Positions 9,341 to 19,262 are shown, counted from the whole stretch's first letter. The stretch: 63,957 bases of DNA, filler included, from an uncultured bacterium (GCA_964371695.1; 6 parts of 6 records of this genome joined end to end with filler, not necessarily neighbours in it); one strand, 5' to 3'. Notes: generated by a model from the letters alone, not told the origin. Translations and numbers: made by a program.

Positions 9341-10606
9341 TCAGGGGCTTGGCCCAGGATAAAAGCGGACCGCTGCTTCGGTCAGCGCGTAACCCGCCTC
9401 TTCGGGGTAACCATACGCTGGAAAAAGCCTGATCACGCCATCCAAATTGGACAAATCAAAGGCCGAAGCCATTTTTTCCCGCAACCGGTGAAGAAGTTTC
9501 CGGGTGCTGGCTTCCGGGTCTTCCAACTCAGCATCGGAATCTTTTTTTCTCAACAGTTCGTCCAGATTTTTTAGTGAAATGGGCTTTGGGGAAACAAAAT
9601 ATCCCCTTGACAACGACTCTTCCCAGGCTTCCAAAAACTTCTTGTAGAGGATCAAAAAAGCCCTCAGCGCTTTTTTGGATCGCCTGGGGATCAGTTCCTG
9701 CCCATTCAGCCAAACCCCTCTTTTCAAAAAGGCCTTTGCCCGATCCTGGAAAGTGGCCACTGGTTGTGTCGAGCCACTTTCTGTCTGTTCCCCTTCGTCC
9801 ACCAGTGGAGGAGCAAGTTCGGCTTGGCCTCCAACAACCTGTGGTGGCGGAAACGGAATAACCTTCCTCTCTTTTTCTTCAATCTTCTGAACCACCTTGT
9901 CTGCAATCCGTTCTTCCGAAAGGTCATTTTTCTGGGGAAAGGCCGCAAGGAGGGATAGCCCACGGGAAAATGGAGGATCAGGTGAATCAAAATTTTCTTT
10001 GAAATCCTGAATAGTTTTCCATATCCCGGATAAAGGAGCATTTTCCTTATCTGGGTTGGCGAAAAGATTGATTGATTGGGGGATTTTTTCATGAAATCGT
10101 TTTGTCTCAGGGGATAAAGACTCCCATTGCGACCTGGACTTTGAGATGGCATTGCCCATCTCATTTTGGGCACAAGACAGTTGAGGGTTCATTCTGCCCA
10201 AAGTTTCTTGAGCCGCAATTCGGGTGCGCTCCAAAAGAGCTAACGAAGGTTTTGTGAGATTTTCCAGTTCAGCATTCCGGGCGGCAAGCTGATCGACCAT
10301 GGTGCTGGGTAGTGCCGATTGACTCCTGAGCCGGTCAATCGCCTTGGCAAATTCATTTTTGTACTCCGGGTGAAACGTCAATATCTGGTTCATGGCGTGG
10401 CTCGCCGCAGAACTCGACCCCAAGGCGAGTTTCAGTGTAAAAAGGCTCAGAAACTTGGGGAAATTTGGGGCCGACGAAGGATCGGTTTGCCCTCCCTCCG
10501 ACTGACGTGCCTCCTCCTCCTGCGCCCATCGGGCCAGTTGGCGCAATTCCTCCAGTTCGCCTTCGGAGAGTGCGTCACCAGTTTTCAGGTTCAAAATCAC
10601 GGGCAT
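9341..10606 (-). CDS. Hypothetical island protein, possible C-terminal winged-helix DNA-binding domain
   Basis: 421-aa ORF in AT-richer DNA; C-terminal STRKLLHRLREK...GYAL resembles OmpR-type wHTH. Confidence 0.55.
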   Translation of the reverse strand: MPVILNLKTGDALSEGELEELRQLARWAQEEEARQSEGGQTDPSSAPNFPKFLSLFTLKLALGSSSAASHAMNQILTFHPEYKNEFAKAIDRLRSQSALPSTMVDQLAARNAELENLTKPSLALLERTRIAAQETLGRMNPQLSCAQNEMGNAISKSRSQWESLSPETKRFHEKIPQSINLFANPDKENAPLSGIWKTIQDFKENFDSPDPPFSRGLSLLAAFPQKNDLSEERIADKVVQKIEEKERKVIPFPPPQVVGGQAELAPPLVDEGEQTESGSTQPVATFQDRAKAFLKRGVWLNGQELIPRRSKKALRAFLILYKKFLEAWEESLSRGYFVSPKPISLKNLDELLRKKDSDAELEDPEASTRKLLHRLREKMASAFDLSNLDGVIRLFPAYGYPEEAGYALTEAAVRFYPGPSP

Positions 10607-10986
10607 TTTCCCCCACTCCTTCAGATCAAAAAGGTCTACAGATGCTCCGATGTTCCATTTGTTCAGCCCAAAAAGCCATAGTAGGCCTTTCCCTGTTGAG
10701 GTGTTTTGTGTAAATTCAGCGCGTCACTGTAAAAACCAACATTTTTTCATTTTCCTATATGTCCATCTTGATTTCAAAGGAACTTCAGGAACAAAAGGAA
10801 CAATTTCAAAAAACAGGCTCGGCTGGTCTTGCGCTGCTTCTTTTCTTCGTCAAATTTGCTTCCATGAGCACAAAACCTGTTCTTCAAATCGAACCCGCCC
10901 CCCTCGCTACCCTCCGCCCCCCGCCCAACAACCCGCGGCGGTTGAGCAACGAACAGGAGAAGCCCCTGAGCGAAACCCTGACGCGG

Positions 10987-11086
10987 NNNNNNNNNNNNNN
11001 NNNNNNNNNNNNNNNNNNNNNNNNNNNNNNTTAATTAATTAANNNNNNNNNNNNNNNNNNNNNNNNNNNNNNNNNNNNNNNNNNNN
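10987..11086. other. Artificial contig linker
   Basis: N44-TTAATTAATTAA-N44, stops in all six frames. Confidence 0.99.
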
Positions 11087-11134
11087 GGCGCCCCCCCCCC
11101 CCCCCCCCCCCCATACATAGACTTTATAAACGCC

Positions 11135-11734
11135 CTACGCCGTGATGGGAATATGCCCCGGCTGTTCCTCCACGCGGCTCAGCCAGTGTTCGATGGCCGG
11201 GAAGGCGCCGAGGTCAAAACCCCCCTCGTGGGCCACGTGGGTGTAGGCGTATAAGGCGATGTCGGCGATGGTGAACGCATCTGCCGCAAAAAAGTCGTTG
11301 CTTGAAAGGTGCCGCGCCATGTCCGCCAGGGCCGCCATGCCCCGGCGGTGTTTGTCTTCTTGCACGTCGGGGGTGAGTTTTTCGGGCATGTGATTGAGCA
11401 GAAAACGCAGCGTGGCGATGTTGGGCTCGTGCAGGTTCTGCTCAAAAAACAGCCATCCCAGCACCTGGGCCTGGGTAAAGGCGTCGTCGGGTAAAAACGG
11501 CGTGCCCTGGGCCAGATAAAAAAGAATGGCGTTGGATTCCGGCAGGCAGCGGCCGTCTTCAAACACCAGCACCGGGGCGCGGCCCAACACGTTTTTTTCA
11601 TAAAACGCCGGTGTGCGGGTTTCGCCCTTCAGGATGTCCACCGGCACCCGCTCACAGGGCAGGTTCAGATGCGACAGCAGCAGACGCACCTTGTAGGAGT
11701 TGCCGGAATAGGGAATGTCGTAGAGGGTGAGCAT
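11135..11734 (-). CDS. Glutathione S-transferase family protein
   Basis: SGNSYKVRLLL, GRAPVL, ESNAILFYLA, FTIADIALYAYTH. Confidence 0.93.
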   Translation of the reverse strand: MLTLYDIPYSGNSYKVRLLLSHLNLPCERVPVDILKGETRTPAFYEKNVLGRAPVLVFEDGRCLPESNAILFYLAQGTPFLPDDAFTQAQVLGWLFFEQNLHEPNIATLRFLLNHMPEKLTPDVQEDKHRRGMAALADMARHLSSNDFFAADAFTIADIALYAYTHVAHEGGFDLGAFPAIEHWLSRVEEQPGHIPITA

Positions 11735-11743
11735 GGTGTTTTG

Positions 11744-12364
11744 TCAGATGAGGCTGAGATTATCTTCCAGGGATTCAAGCCGCCAGAGCGGCATGTTAGT
11801 CAGGAGCGGCATTCCGAGGTCCTGGGACAGAAGGGCTTTGCACCCGGTGAGCAGGGCGGTGGCCAGATGAATGGCGTCGGGCGTTTTCAGATTTTGTCCG
11901 GCCCGCAGTTTGGCCGCTTGCCATAAAACTTCCCTGTGGACCGGAACAAGGGAAAGGTTTTCAAGTTGATTGAAAATCCGGTCATAACGTTCTGTCAGAG
12001 CCTGTTTGAAAAGTGGGTTATGTGAAACATGGCCCACTTTGGACAGGCTCTTGCGGCCAGGGATGGCCGCCGCCGAAAGCCGAAGCTTTGAAAAAGCTGA
12101 GGGTTTCGCCACGCCGAAGGGGCTTTGCCCCTGAAGGCGTTGGGTTTGAAAAGTCCACGATGGACTTTTCAAACAGGTTCTCAGGGAGGGATCGTTCATG
12201 CGCAGTGGTTTTACCAGTGCCTCGCACCAGGAAAGCTCGCTGGTGCATAGCACAAGCCCGCCTTCACAGAGACGCCGTTCAAGCAGCTGAAGCGGGGCAT
12301 GGAATTTCTCCTCTGCTTCCACCAGGGCGACAAAAATATTGGTATCCAGATAAAGGCGATGCAC
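11744..12364 (-). CDS. VapC-like PIN toxin carrying an in-frame 62-codon MITE insertion
   Basis: YLDTNIF, TSELSWCEALVKP, LKTPDAIHLATA, LLSQD; removing the MITE plus one TSD gives a 144-aa PIN protein. Confidence 0.88.
   Translation of the reverse strand: MHRLYLDTNIFVALVEAEEKFHAPLQLLERRLCEGGLVLCTSELSWCEALVKPLRMNDPSLRTCLKSPSWTFQTQRLQGQSPFGVAKPSAFSKLRLSAAAIPGRKSLSKVGHVSHNPLFKQALTERYDRIFNQLENLSLVPVHREVLWQAAKLRAGQNLKTPDAIHLATALLTGCKALLSQDLGMPLLTNMPLWRLESLEDNLSLI
11998..12180 (+). mobile_element. MITE family B copy 1 (183 bp, TIR GA(G/A)CCTGTTTGAAAAGT, TSD TCA)
   Basis: 17-bp TIR with one mismatch; TCA at 11995-11997 and 12181-12183; homologous to 28255 and 55585 copies. Confidence 0.92.
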
Positions 12365-12388
12365 AGGTTGGGCCGGGGAATCAGGTAA

Positions 12389-12631
12389 TCACCGCTCCTC
12401 GTGCTCTTGCCACTCATCCCGAAGTTCGCGAATAAAGGAAGTGGCGTCCTCCACCGATTTGTAGGTTCCCTTGGCGGTTCCCCAAAAAGTCATCAGGGAA
12501 TGTTTCACCGGAGGTGGTTCCTCTAAAAGCACAATGACCTCTGCCACGCAGCCTTCAGGAAGGCCGGTGTGCGGCAGGTCCACCTTCCCCCCCGGTCCCA
12601 GGACCGTTTTCTGACGAACCGCCTGTGTCAC
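12389..12631 (-). CDS. Putative antitoxin of the PIN toxin
   Basis: 80-aa ORF directly upstream of toxin; LPEG.VAEVIVL and FIRELRDEW motifs common in PIN-associated antitoxins. Confidence 0.7.
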   Translation of the reverse strand: MTQAVRQKTVLGPGGKVDLPHTGLPEGCVAEVIVLLEEPPPVKHSLMTFWGTAKGTYKSVEDATSFIRELRDEWQEHEER

Positions 12632-12635
12632 CCTG

Positions 12636-15600
12636 TCAGTTTACCACGCCGGGTTGAATATCGGTTGGCGGGGCTGGGGAAGGCGCCGGGTGGCGCTCTT
12701 TTCTCAGTCTGCCGGTCAGGCGTTTTACAATCCACCAGCGGCCGGGGTGCAGCAGGTCGTCCATCAGGGTATAGACCACGGGCACGATCACCAGGGTGAG
12801 CAGAGTGCTGGTGATGAGGCCGCCGATCACGGCGGTGGCCATGGGGCTGCGGCTTTCTGACCCCGGCCCGTTCCCCAGGGCAATGGGCAACATGCCAAAA
12901 ATCATGGCCAGTGATGTCATGAGAATGGCTCTCAGGCGCTGGGGCCCGGCGCGCAACAGCGCCTCGGTGCGTTCCATTTTGTCGCGGCGGATGAACGTGT
13001 TGGTCAGGTCCACCAGCAAAATGCCGTTTTTGGTCACCAGTCCCATCAGCATGATCACGCCGATCATGGTGAAAATGCTCTGGGTTTTGTTCGCCAGCAC
13101 CAGTGCGCCAAAGGCCCCCACCAGCGACAGCGGCAGGCTCAGCATGATGACCAGGGGCTGGCTGAAGCTCTCAAACTGCGCCGCCAGCACCATGAACACC
13201 ACCACCACCGCCAGCATCAGCGAAAAACCCAGGTAACCAAAGGATTCCTTCATGTTCTCGGCCTGACCTGAAAACCGCGTGGTGATGCCCGGTGGCACCT
13301 GGATGTCCGCGAGAAAACCGTTGATCTCCTTCACGGCGTCGCCCAGGATGAGGCCGCCGGGCTTGAGGTTGGCGTAGACGGTGATTTTGCGGGCGCGGTT
13401 GTAGCGGTCAATCTGCACGGGGCCCAGTTCCTTTTTCACACTAGCCACGTTTTGCAGGTTGATGAGCTGGCCCCGGTTGTTTTTCACGCTGAGCTGTTCG
13501 ATTTCTTCGGGTCGCTGACGAAAGGGTTGCTCCAGCCGCAGGCTCACGTCATAACGCTCGCCCTGGTCCTTGAACTTGGCCACGTCCACGCCGCCCACCA
13601 GGGCCTGCACGGTGCTGGCCACCGCCAGGGGACTCACCCCCAGGTCTGCCGCCGCCAGCCGGTTCACATACACCCCCACCTGGGGTTTTCCCCGCTCATA
13701 ACTGCTGTCAATATCCACGTAATGTCCGGTGGCGCGCATCTTTGCCAGCAGCGCCGACACCACCCGCTCCTGCTCCTTCAGATCGCTGCCCAGCACATCC
13801 ATGGTGATCATGGCGTAACGCGCACCGCTGCCCACGCGGGGTACGGGTTCCACGCTGAACTTGGCCTCCTGAATGTCTGCCAGGTGTTTTCGCACCCACT
13901 GCATGGCTGCCATCTGGCTCATCTGCCGGGCCGATTTCTCTTTCATCTTGATGTAAAACTCGCCTTCGTTCACCCGTTGCAGCGAGTTTGCCCCCACGGT
14001 GGCAAAGGCGTATTGCAGCCAGGGTTCGTGTTCAATGCGGGTGAGCACTTTTTCCATCACTGCGTCAGTGGCGCCCAGGCTGGAGCCAAGGGGGGCGATG
14101 ACCTTGATGTTGAACTCGCTCTGGTCTTCCATGGGAATGAACTCGGCCTTGATGAACTTGGCCACATAACCCGACCCCTGAAAGGCGGCCACGGCCAGCA
14201 GCACCACAGCCCAACGGTGTTTCAGCGACCACCTGAGGGTGCCCCGGTAAAGGCGCTCGATGAAGGTGAAGCCTCCCTCGCTCAGGCGGTACAGGGTGGT
14301 CTCCTTGGGTTTTCGCTGAAAGCGAGAAGAGAGCATCGGGTCCAGCGTGAAGGAGACAAACATGGAGATGAGCACCGCAAAGGTCACGGTGAGGCCGAAC
14401 TGGTAGAAGAACCGGCCCACGATGCCGCCCATGAAGGCCACGGGCACAAACACCGCCACCACACTCATGGTGGTGGCGAACACCGCCAGGGCGATCTCCT
14501 TGGTGGCGAACTGCGCTGCGGCGCGGGGGGCCATGCCGTGTTCGATGTGGCGCATGATGTTTTCCTGCACCACGATGGCGTCGTCTATCAGCAGGCCGAT
14601 GGCCAGCGAAAGCGCCAGCAGCGTCATCATGTTCTGGGTAAAACCCATGGCGCTCATGAGGATAAACGTGCCGATGACCGAGGTGGGCAGCACCGTGGCG
14701 CAAATGAGCGTGCTGCGCACGTTGCGCAAAAACAGGAACACCAGCAGCACCGCCAGCAGGCCGCCAAAAACCAGGTGAAACCGCACCTCTGCCACCGAGT
14801 GTTCGATGAAGGTGGATTGGTCCATGGCCACCACCAGACTCACACCCAGGGGGGCCAAGTCCTTTTTCAGTTTTTCGATTTCCTGCTTCAGGCCGTGGGC
14901 CACCGCCACGGCGTTGGTGCCGCTCTGGCGGCGAATGAGCAGCGACAGCGCCCGTTCGCCATTGAGCCGGGCAATGGTGCGCTCCTCTTCAAGGCCGTCT
15001 TGCACCCGGCCCACGTCCCGCAGATACACCGGCGCGCCGCCGTGATAGGCCAGCAGCAGGTTCAGGAACTGATCGGGATGAGTGAACTCGGCCTTGGTCT
15101 TGACGATGAACTCGCTGGGGCCGGTTTGAACCCGTCCGCCGGGAATCTCCACGTGCTCGGTCCTCAACGCCTGGGACACGTCGGTGACGGAGAGGCCATA
15201 ACCCCGCAGGCGGTCGCGGTCCAGATAAATCCAGATGTTGCGCTCGCGGCCGCCCACCAGCCGCACCTGTCCCACGTCCTTCACACGCTCCAGGCGCTGT
15301 TTGATCTGCTTGTCCGCCAGATTGGTGAGTTTGCCCAGGGGCATTTGGGCCGACACCCCCAGGGCCATGATGGGTGCGGCGTCCACGTCCATCTTCTGCA
15401 CCACGGGTTCTTCCAGGTCGGTGGGCAGTTGCGCCCTCACGGCAGCCAGCTTGGCTTGCACCTCGTCAAAGGCAATGTCCACCTCTTTGTCCAGCTCAAA
15501 CTGCACCGCAATCTGCGAGACACCCTCGCTGCTGGTGCTGGTGACGGACTTGATGCCGCTTAAAGTGGAGACCTCCTGCTCAATGGGATCGCTCACGGCG

Positions 15601-15782
15601 GTCTCCATGGTTTCGGGGTCCGCGCCCGGCAGCACCGAGGTGATGGAGATCATGGGGAACTCCACCTTGGGGAAAAGGTCTATGCCGATGCGGCCATAGG
15701 AAATCCACCCGAACACGAGAATGGCAAGGACGGTGATGGTGGTGAGCACCGGGCGTTTGATGGCGATTTCAGAAAGAAACAT
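12636..15782 (-). CDS. RND efflux permease (AcrB/AcrD/AcrF family)
   Basis: 1048 aa; IKRP start, GLLIDDAIVV, GLVTKNGILLVD, RLRAILMTS. Confidence 0.96.
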   Translation of the reverse strand: MFLSEIAIKRPVLTTITVLAILVFGWISYGRIGIDLFPKVEFPMISITSVLPGADPETMETAVSDPIEQEVSTLSGIKSVTSTSSEGVSQIAVQFELDKEVDIAFDEVQAKLAAVRAQLPTDLEEPVVQKMDVDAAPIMALGVSAQMPLGKLTNLADKQIKQRLERVKDVGQVRLVGGRERNIWIYLDRDRLRGYGLSVTDVSQALRTEHVEIPGGRVQTGPSEFIVKTKAEFTHPDQFLNLLLAYHGGAPVYLRDVGRVQDGLEEERTIARLNGERALSLLIRRQSGTNAVAVAHGLKQEIEKLKKDLAPLGVSLVVAMDQSTFIEHSVAEVRFHLVFGGLLAVLLVFLFLRNVRSTLICATVLPTSVIGTFILMSAMGFTQNMMTLLALSLAIGLLIDDAIVVQENIMRHIEHGMAPRAAAQFATKEIALAVFATTMSVVAVFVPVAFMGGIVGRFFYQFGLTVTFAVLISMFVSFTLDPMLSSRFQRKPKETTLYRLSEGGFTFIERLYRGTLRWSLKHRWAVVLLAVAAFQGSGYVAKFIKAEFIPMEDQSEFNIKVIAPLGSSLGATDAVMEKVLTRIEHEPWLQYAFATVGANSLQRVNEGEFYIKMKEKSARQMSQMAAMQWVRKHLADIQEAKFSVEPVPRVGSGARYAMITMDVLGSDLKEQERVVSALLAKMRATGHYVDIDSSYERGKPQVGVYVNRLAAADLGVSPLAVASTVQALVGGVDVAKFKDQGERYDVSLRLEQPFRQRPEEIEQLSVKNNRGQLINLQNVASVKKELGPVQIDRYNRARKITVYANLKPGGLILGDAVKEINGFLADIQVPPGITTRFSGQAENMKESFGYLGFSLMLAVVVVFMVLAAQFESFSQPLVIMLSLPLSLVGAFGALVLANKTQSIFTMIGVIMLMGLVTKNGILLVDLTNTFIRRDKMERTEALLRAGPQRLRAILMTSLAMIFGMLPIALGNGPGSESRSPMATAVIGGLITSTLLTLVIVPVVYTLMDDLLHPGRWWIVKRLTGRLRKERHPAPSPAPPTDIQPGVVN

Positions 15783-15803
15783 GGAGGGGCCTTTCTTGTC
15801 GGG

Positions 15804-17189
15804 CTATTGCCCGGCCTCGGGAATGAACACCACGTCGCCTTCGTTCAGGCCGCTCACAATCTCCACCCGCTGCCCCGCTGTCATGCCGGTGCGCACGTCG
15901 CGGGGTGTTGTTTCGTCGCCTGTTTTCAGCATCACGCGCCAGCCTGCCTGATGCGCCACCAGGGCGGTCTGGGGGGCCCACAACACGGCGCGGCGCTCCT
16001 TGAGTCTGATCTCAACCTGCGCCAGCAGGCCCGGCTTCAGGCGCAGGTTGTTGTTGGCCACGCTGGCCCGGCACTTGAAAGACCGTGTGGCTTCGTCGGC
16101 GGTGGGAATGATGAGGTTGATGCGCGCCCGGCCGTTGCTGCCCGGCAGGTTTTCCACCTGATAGGTGAGCGGCGTGCCCTGATGAATTTGTCCCAGGTAA
16201 CCCTGAGGAAGGGGAAACTCCAGGTCGAGGTGGCGGATGTCCTGCAACTCCACCAGCGGATTGCCGGGGCCGGTGGCGGCGTTGTCGCCGGGGTCCATGT
16301 AGCGTTTGGTGATCATGCCGCCATAGGGGGCGGTGATGCGGGTGAGGGAGAGTTTTTCCTGGGCCAGGGCCACGGCGGCCTGGGCCTGTTTGAGCGCGGT
16401 GGCGGCTTCGCGCTCGCGAGCCTGGGCCTCGGCCACGCGGCTCTGTGCTTCATCCACGCGGCTCTGTGCTTCATCTACGCGGCTTTGGGTTTCCTTGACA
16501 CGGGCGTCGGCGACGGCCACGGCGGCCTGGGCTTTTTGATGGGCGAACATGGCGTCGTCATATCGGCTGCGGGGAATCGAGGGAAACTGGCCCTGGGGTT
16601 TTTCCCACAGGTTTTTCATGCGCTCCAGATTCAGCGCCGCCTCGGCCTGGGCGGTCTTGAACTGCTCGCGGCTGGCCTCGGCGTTGGCCACGCCATCGCG
16701 TGCGCTGGCCACGCCCCGGTTTGCGCTGACCACGCCTTTTTGCGCCGAGGCGATGGCCTCGTGGGCGCTTTCGATGCGCGCCCTGGCGGCCATCACATCG
16801 GCCTGACGCTGCGAGACTTCGATGCGCAACAGGGAATCATCGATCTGCGCCAGCAACTGGCCGGGACGCACCACGTCGCCTTCGCTTACCAGCACCGACG
16901 CCACCCGGCCCATCACCTGCGCGCCAATCTGCGAGGTCTGTTTGGGATAAAACGTGCCCACGGCGGGCAGGGTCTCGGTGAGGTCGCCGCGACGGATGGT
17001 GTGCCAGTTGCCCCGGTCGGCCTCAACCGTTTGGGCCACGGGGGGGGCTTTTGGCGCGGTGGCTGCGGCGGGTTTTTCCTCTGGCGGCGGCGCGGCCTTG
17101 CGGCAGCCGCCAGCAATAACAATCACCGAAAGGGTTGAGAGGGCGAGCAAAAGGCGGGTGGGGTGCATCATGAAATTTCCTTCCTTCAT
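15804..17189 (-). CDS. RND efflux periplasmic adaptor (MFP) with extended coiled coil
   Basis: Lipobox AGGC, GRVASVLVSEGDVV, TRITAPYGG; true start may be ATG 17170. Confidence 0.92.
   Translation of the reverse strand: MKEGNFMMHPTRLLLALSTLSVIVIAGGCRKAAPPPEEKPAAATAPKAPPVAQTVEADRGNWHTIRRGDLTETLPAVGTFYPKQTSQIGAQVMGRVASVLVSEGDVVRPGQLLAQIDDSLLRIEVSQRQADVMAARARIESAHEAIASAQKGVVSANRGVASARDGVANAEASREQFKTAQAEAALNLERMKNLWEKPQGQFPSIPRSRYDDAMFAHQKAQAAVAVADARVKETQSRVDEAQSRVDEAQSRVAEAQAREREAATALKQAQAAVALAQEKLSLTRITAPYGGMITKRYMDPGDNAATGPGNPLVELQDIRHLDLEFPLPQGYLGQIHQGTPLTYQVENLPGSNGRARINLIIPTADEATRSFKCRASVANNNLRLKPGLLAQVEIRLKERRAVLWAPQTALVAHQAGWRVMLKTGDETTPRDVRTGMTAGQRVEIVSGLNEGDVVFIPEAGQ
16433..16503 (-). 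repeat. 21-nt tandem repeat (~3 units) encoding heptad EAQSRVD in the MFP hairpin
   Basis: CACGCGGCTCTGTGCTTCATC repeated; protein ETQSRVDEAQSRVDEAQSRV. Confidence 0.8.
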
Positions 17190-18532
17190 CAGGGCGTTTG
17201 GCCAAGGGCGCGGCGCAATTGGGCAAGCCCCCGGTGATAGTCATAAAGCGCGCCGTGCTGTTGCTGGCGGGCGCGCTCAAGGCGTTCTTCTTCGCTCAGC
17301 ACGTCGGCGCTGCTCACCAGCCCCTGGGCGTACTGGTCGCGGATCACCCGCAGGCTTTCGGCGGCGGCGGCCACGGCTTTTTCGGCCACGGGCAGGCGGT
17401 CCAGCGCTTCGTGTGTGTTGAGGTAGGCCCGCTGCACTTCCAGCAGCACCAGATTCTGGAACTGCTTTTGCTGGCTGCCCAGGTCTTCGGTCTGGCGGCG
17501 GCGCACGCGCTGGCGGGTTTTGGTGAGGCCGCTGTCGAACATGGGCCATTGCACCACCAGCGCGCCCAAAAGCCAGGTGTGATTGGCCTGGGTGTTGTCG
17601 CCGCTGTAATTGAACTCGGTGATGGCGCCGATTTTGGGTTGTTGATCGGCCACGCCTGCGCGCAGGGCGGCCTGGGCTGCCTGCTGCTGGCTCAGCATGG
17701 ATTTCAGTTCGGGTCTGCCGCCCAGGGCTTTTTTGAAAAGTTTCTCCAGGTCGTCTAGTTGCTGGCCGGGGGCGGAAACATCGGCCACCACCGTGGGGCG
17801 GGTGGGGGGCAGGCCCATGGCGCGGTTGAGCGACGCCCGCGCCAGATCAATGTTGTTGCTCACGCGGATGCGCTCCTGCTGGCGCTCCGCAAGGCGTACC
17901 TCCACGGCCAGCACGTCGTTTTTGGCCACCAACCCCTGTTCAAAAAAGTCCTGCGAAATGCGCCGTTGTTCTTCAATCACCCGGATGGCTTCGCCCACCA
18001 CTGTCAGTTGCCGCCCGGCCTCGAGCAGGTCCAGATAGTTCTGTGTGACTTCAAAAGCGAGGTCCAGGCGGATTTTGGCCTGTGTGAACAGGCTGGCCTG
18101 TTCCAGGTGTTTGGCCTGATCAATGCGGTTGGGTGTGCCGTCAAAATCGTGCAGGGGCACCGCGAGCGTCACCTTGCCCGAAGGCACGGTCTTATCACCA
18201 AACCCTCGGGTGACGCCGCCAAAATTGCTGGAAAACTGGTTGTTGCGGTGAGAGTAGCTGGCGTCGAACCGGACAGAAGGAGCCACGGCGCTTTTGATCT
18301 GCCGCACCTGATCGGCGGCGTTTTGTGTGTCGTGGCCCGCGCTCAGCAGTTCCACGCGCTGCCTCAGCGCCAGACGGATGCAGTCGTTGAGCGAAAGCGC
18401 GTTGGCTTTTTCCTCGGCGTGTTTTAGCGCTTCCGGCGCGAGGGCAGGGGGGTTCTCGGCATGGCCCTGCAGCGGCAGCGCCGCAGCGAAAACCAGCGGA
18501 GAAAAAAGCAGCAGTCGAAACCGGGGGGTCAT
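17189..18532 (-). CDS. TolC-family outer membrane efflux protein
   Basis: Signal peptide, two OEP repeats (FEQGLVAKNDVL, YAQGLVSSADVL). Confidence 0.92.
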   Translation of the reverse strand: MTPRFRLLLFSPLVFAAALPLQGHAENPPALAPEALKHAEEKANALSLNDCIRLALRQRVELLSAGHDTQNAADQVRQIKSAVAPSVRFDASYSHRNNQFSSNFGGVTRGFGDKTVPSGKVTLAVPLHDFDGTPNRIDQAKHLEQASLFTQAKIRLDLAFEVTQNYLDLLEAGRQLTVVGEAIRVIEEQRRISQDFFEQGLVAKNDVLAVEVRLAERQQERIRVSNNIDLARASLNRAMGLPPTRPTVVADVSAPGQQLDDLEKLFKKALGGRPELKSMLSQQQAAQAALRAGVADQQPKIGAITEFNYSGDNTQANHTWLLGALVVQWPMFDSGLTKTRQRVRRRQTEDLGSQQKQFQNLVLLEVQRAYLNTHEALDRLPVAEKAVAAAAESLRVIRDQYAQGLVSSADVLSEEERLERARQQQHGALYDYHRGLAQLRRALGQTP

Positions 18533-19032
18533 GATGGGCAGGCTCCTTGTTTGAACGGCGGCAGCACGGGCGGGTTTTCCACCTGAGCCATCAGGTTGAG
18601 GTTCAGCTTGTCCAGCAGGCTGGCCAGTTGGGTGACTTCCTTGGCGGAAAGCCCTTCCAGGGCCAGTTGGTTGACGGCGAGGATGGTTTGATACAACCCC
18701 GGAAAACGGGCCGCGCCGCTGCGTGTGAGATGCACCAGAAACGCCCGGCGGTCTCCGGGAAAAGCCTCGCGTTTCACCAGCCCCTGCTGCTCCAGATTAT
18801 CCAGCGCACGGGCCACGGTGGCGGGTTCCAGAGAGAGGTGTTCGCCCAGTTGCCGTTGGTTCATGGGGCCGTGGGCGCTGAGGATGCAGATGGTTTTGCC
18901 CTGGGTGATGGAAAGGTTTTCCGGCAGGCGTTCTTCAAGCGCCTTTTGCACGAGCTTGTAAAAAAGGATGGTTTTACCGATGGGCAACTGGGAGAACTCC
19001 TCTGCTGCGTCCTGGGCCGTTTTGGGTTTCAT
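18529..19032 (-). CDS. MarR family transcriptional regulator
   Basis: MNQRQLGEHLSLEPATVARALDNLEQQGLVKR...DRR...LT..G. Confidence 0.93.
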   Translation of the reverse strand: MKPKTAQDAAEEFSQLPIGKTILFYKLVQKALEERLPENLSITQGKTICILSAHGPMNQRQLGEHLSLEPATVARALDNLEQQGLVKREAFPGDRRAFLVHLTRSGAARFPGLYQTILAVNQLALEGLSAKEVTQLASLLDKLNLNLMAQVENPPVLPPFKQGACPS

Positions 19033-19038
19033 GGCTGA

Positions 19039-19084
19039 ATCTTACATCTGCAACTGTTCGCTGCAAAATAATTGCGTGTTCAAT
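19039..19084 (-). promoter_or_regulatory. Putative leaderless promoter and MarR operator-like sites
   Basis: TAAGAT 6 nt before ATG; ATTG-N6-CAAT inverted repeat at 19071-19084 and similar degenerate sites toward the start. Confidence 0.4.
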
Positions 19085-19262
19085 AAAAACGGATGACCGC
19101 CTCTTTTGACAAGCTGGCCTTGACGCGGGCGGGAAATAAAGCCGGGGCGAACGGCTGGAAAGGCCATTCGCCCCTTGTGTTAAAATGACGGCCTCATGTT
19201 TTTGGCCCTTTTTGTGAACCCTTCAAAACCCTGGCCGGGAGCGGTGACACCGGAGGCCCGCC

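Larger units (their letters stand above)
3110..10986. mobile_element. Integrated element/genomic island at tRNA-Ala 3' end (right boundary not resolved; contig ends)
   Basis: Starts right after tRNA; visibly more AT-rich; contains Mrr, serine recombinase, DUF2924, primase, helicase-like ATPase; no attR copy found. Confidence 0.7.

Noticed and set aside
10880-10986. attR duplicate of the tRNA-Ala 3' end
   Set aside because: No convincing match to GATCCCCCTCTGCTCCA
11091-11112. Poly-C run
   Set aside because: At a contig edge; likely sequencing artefact
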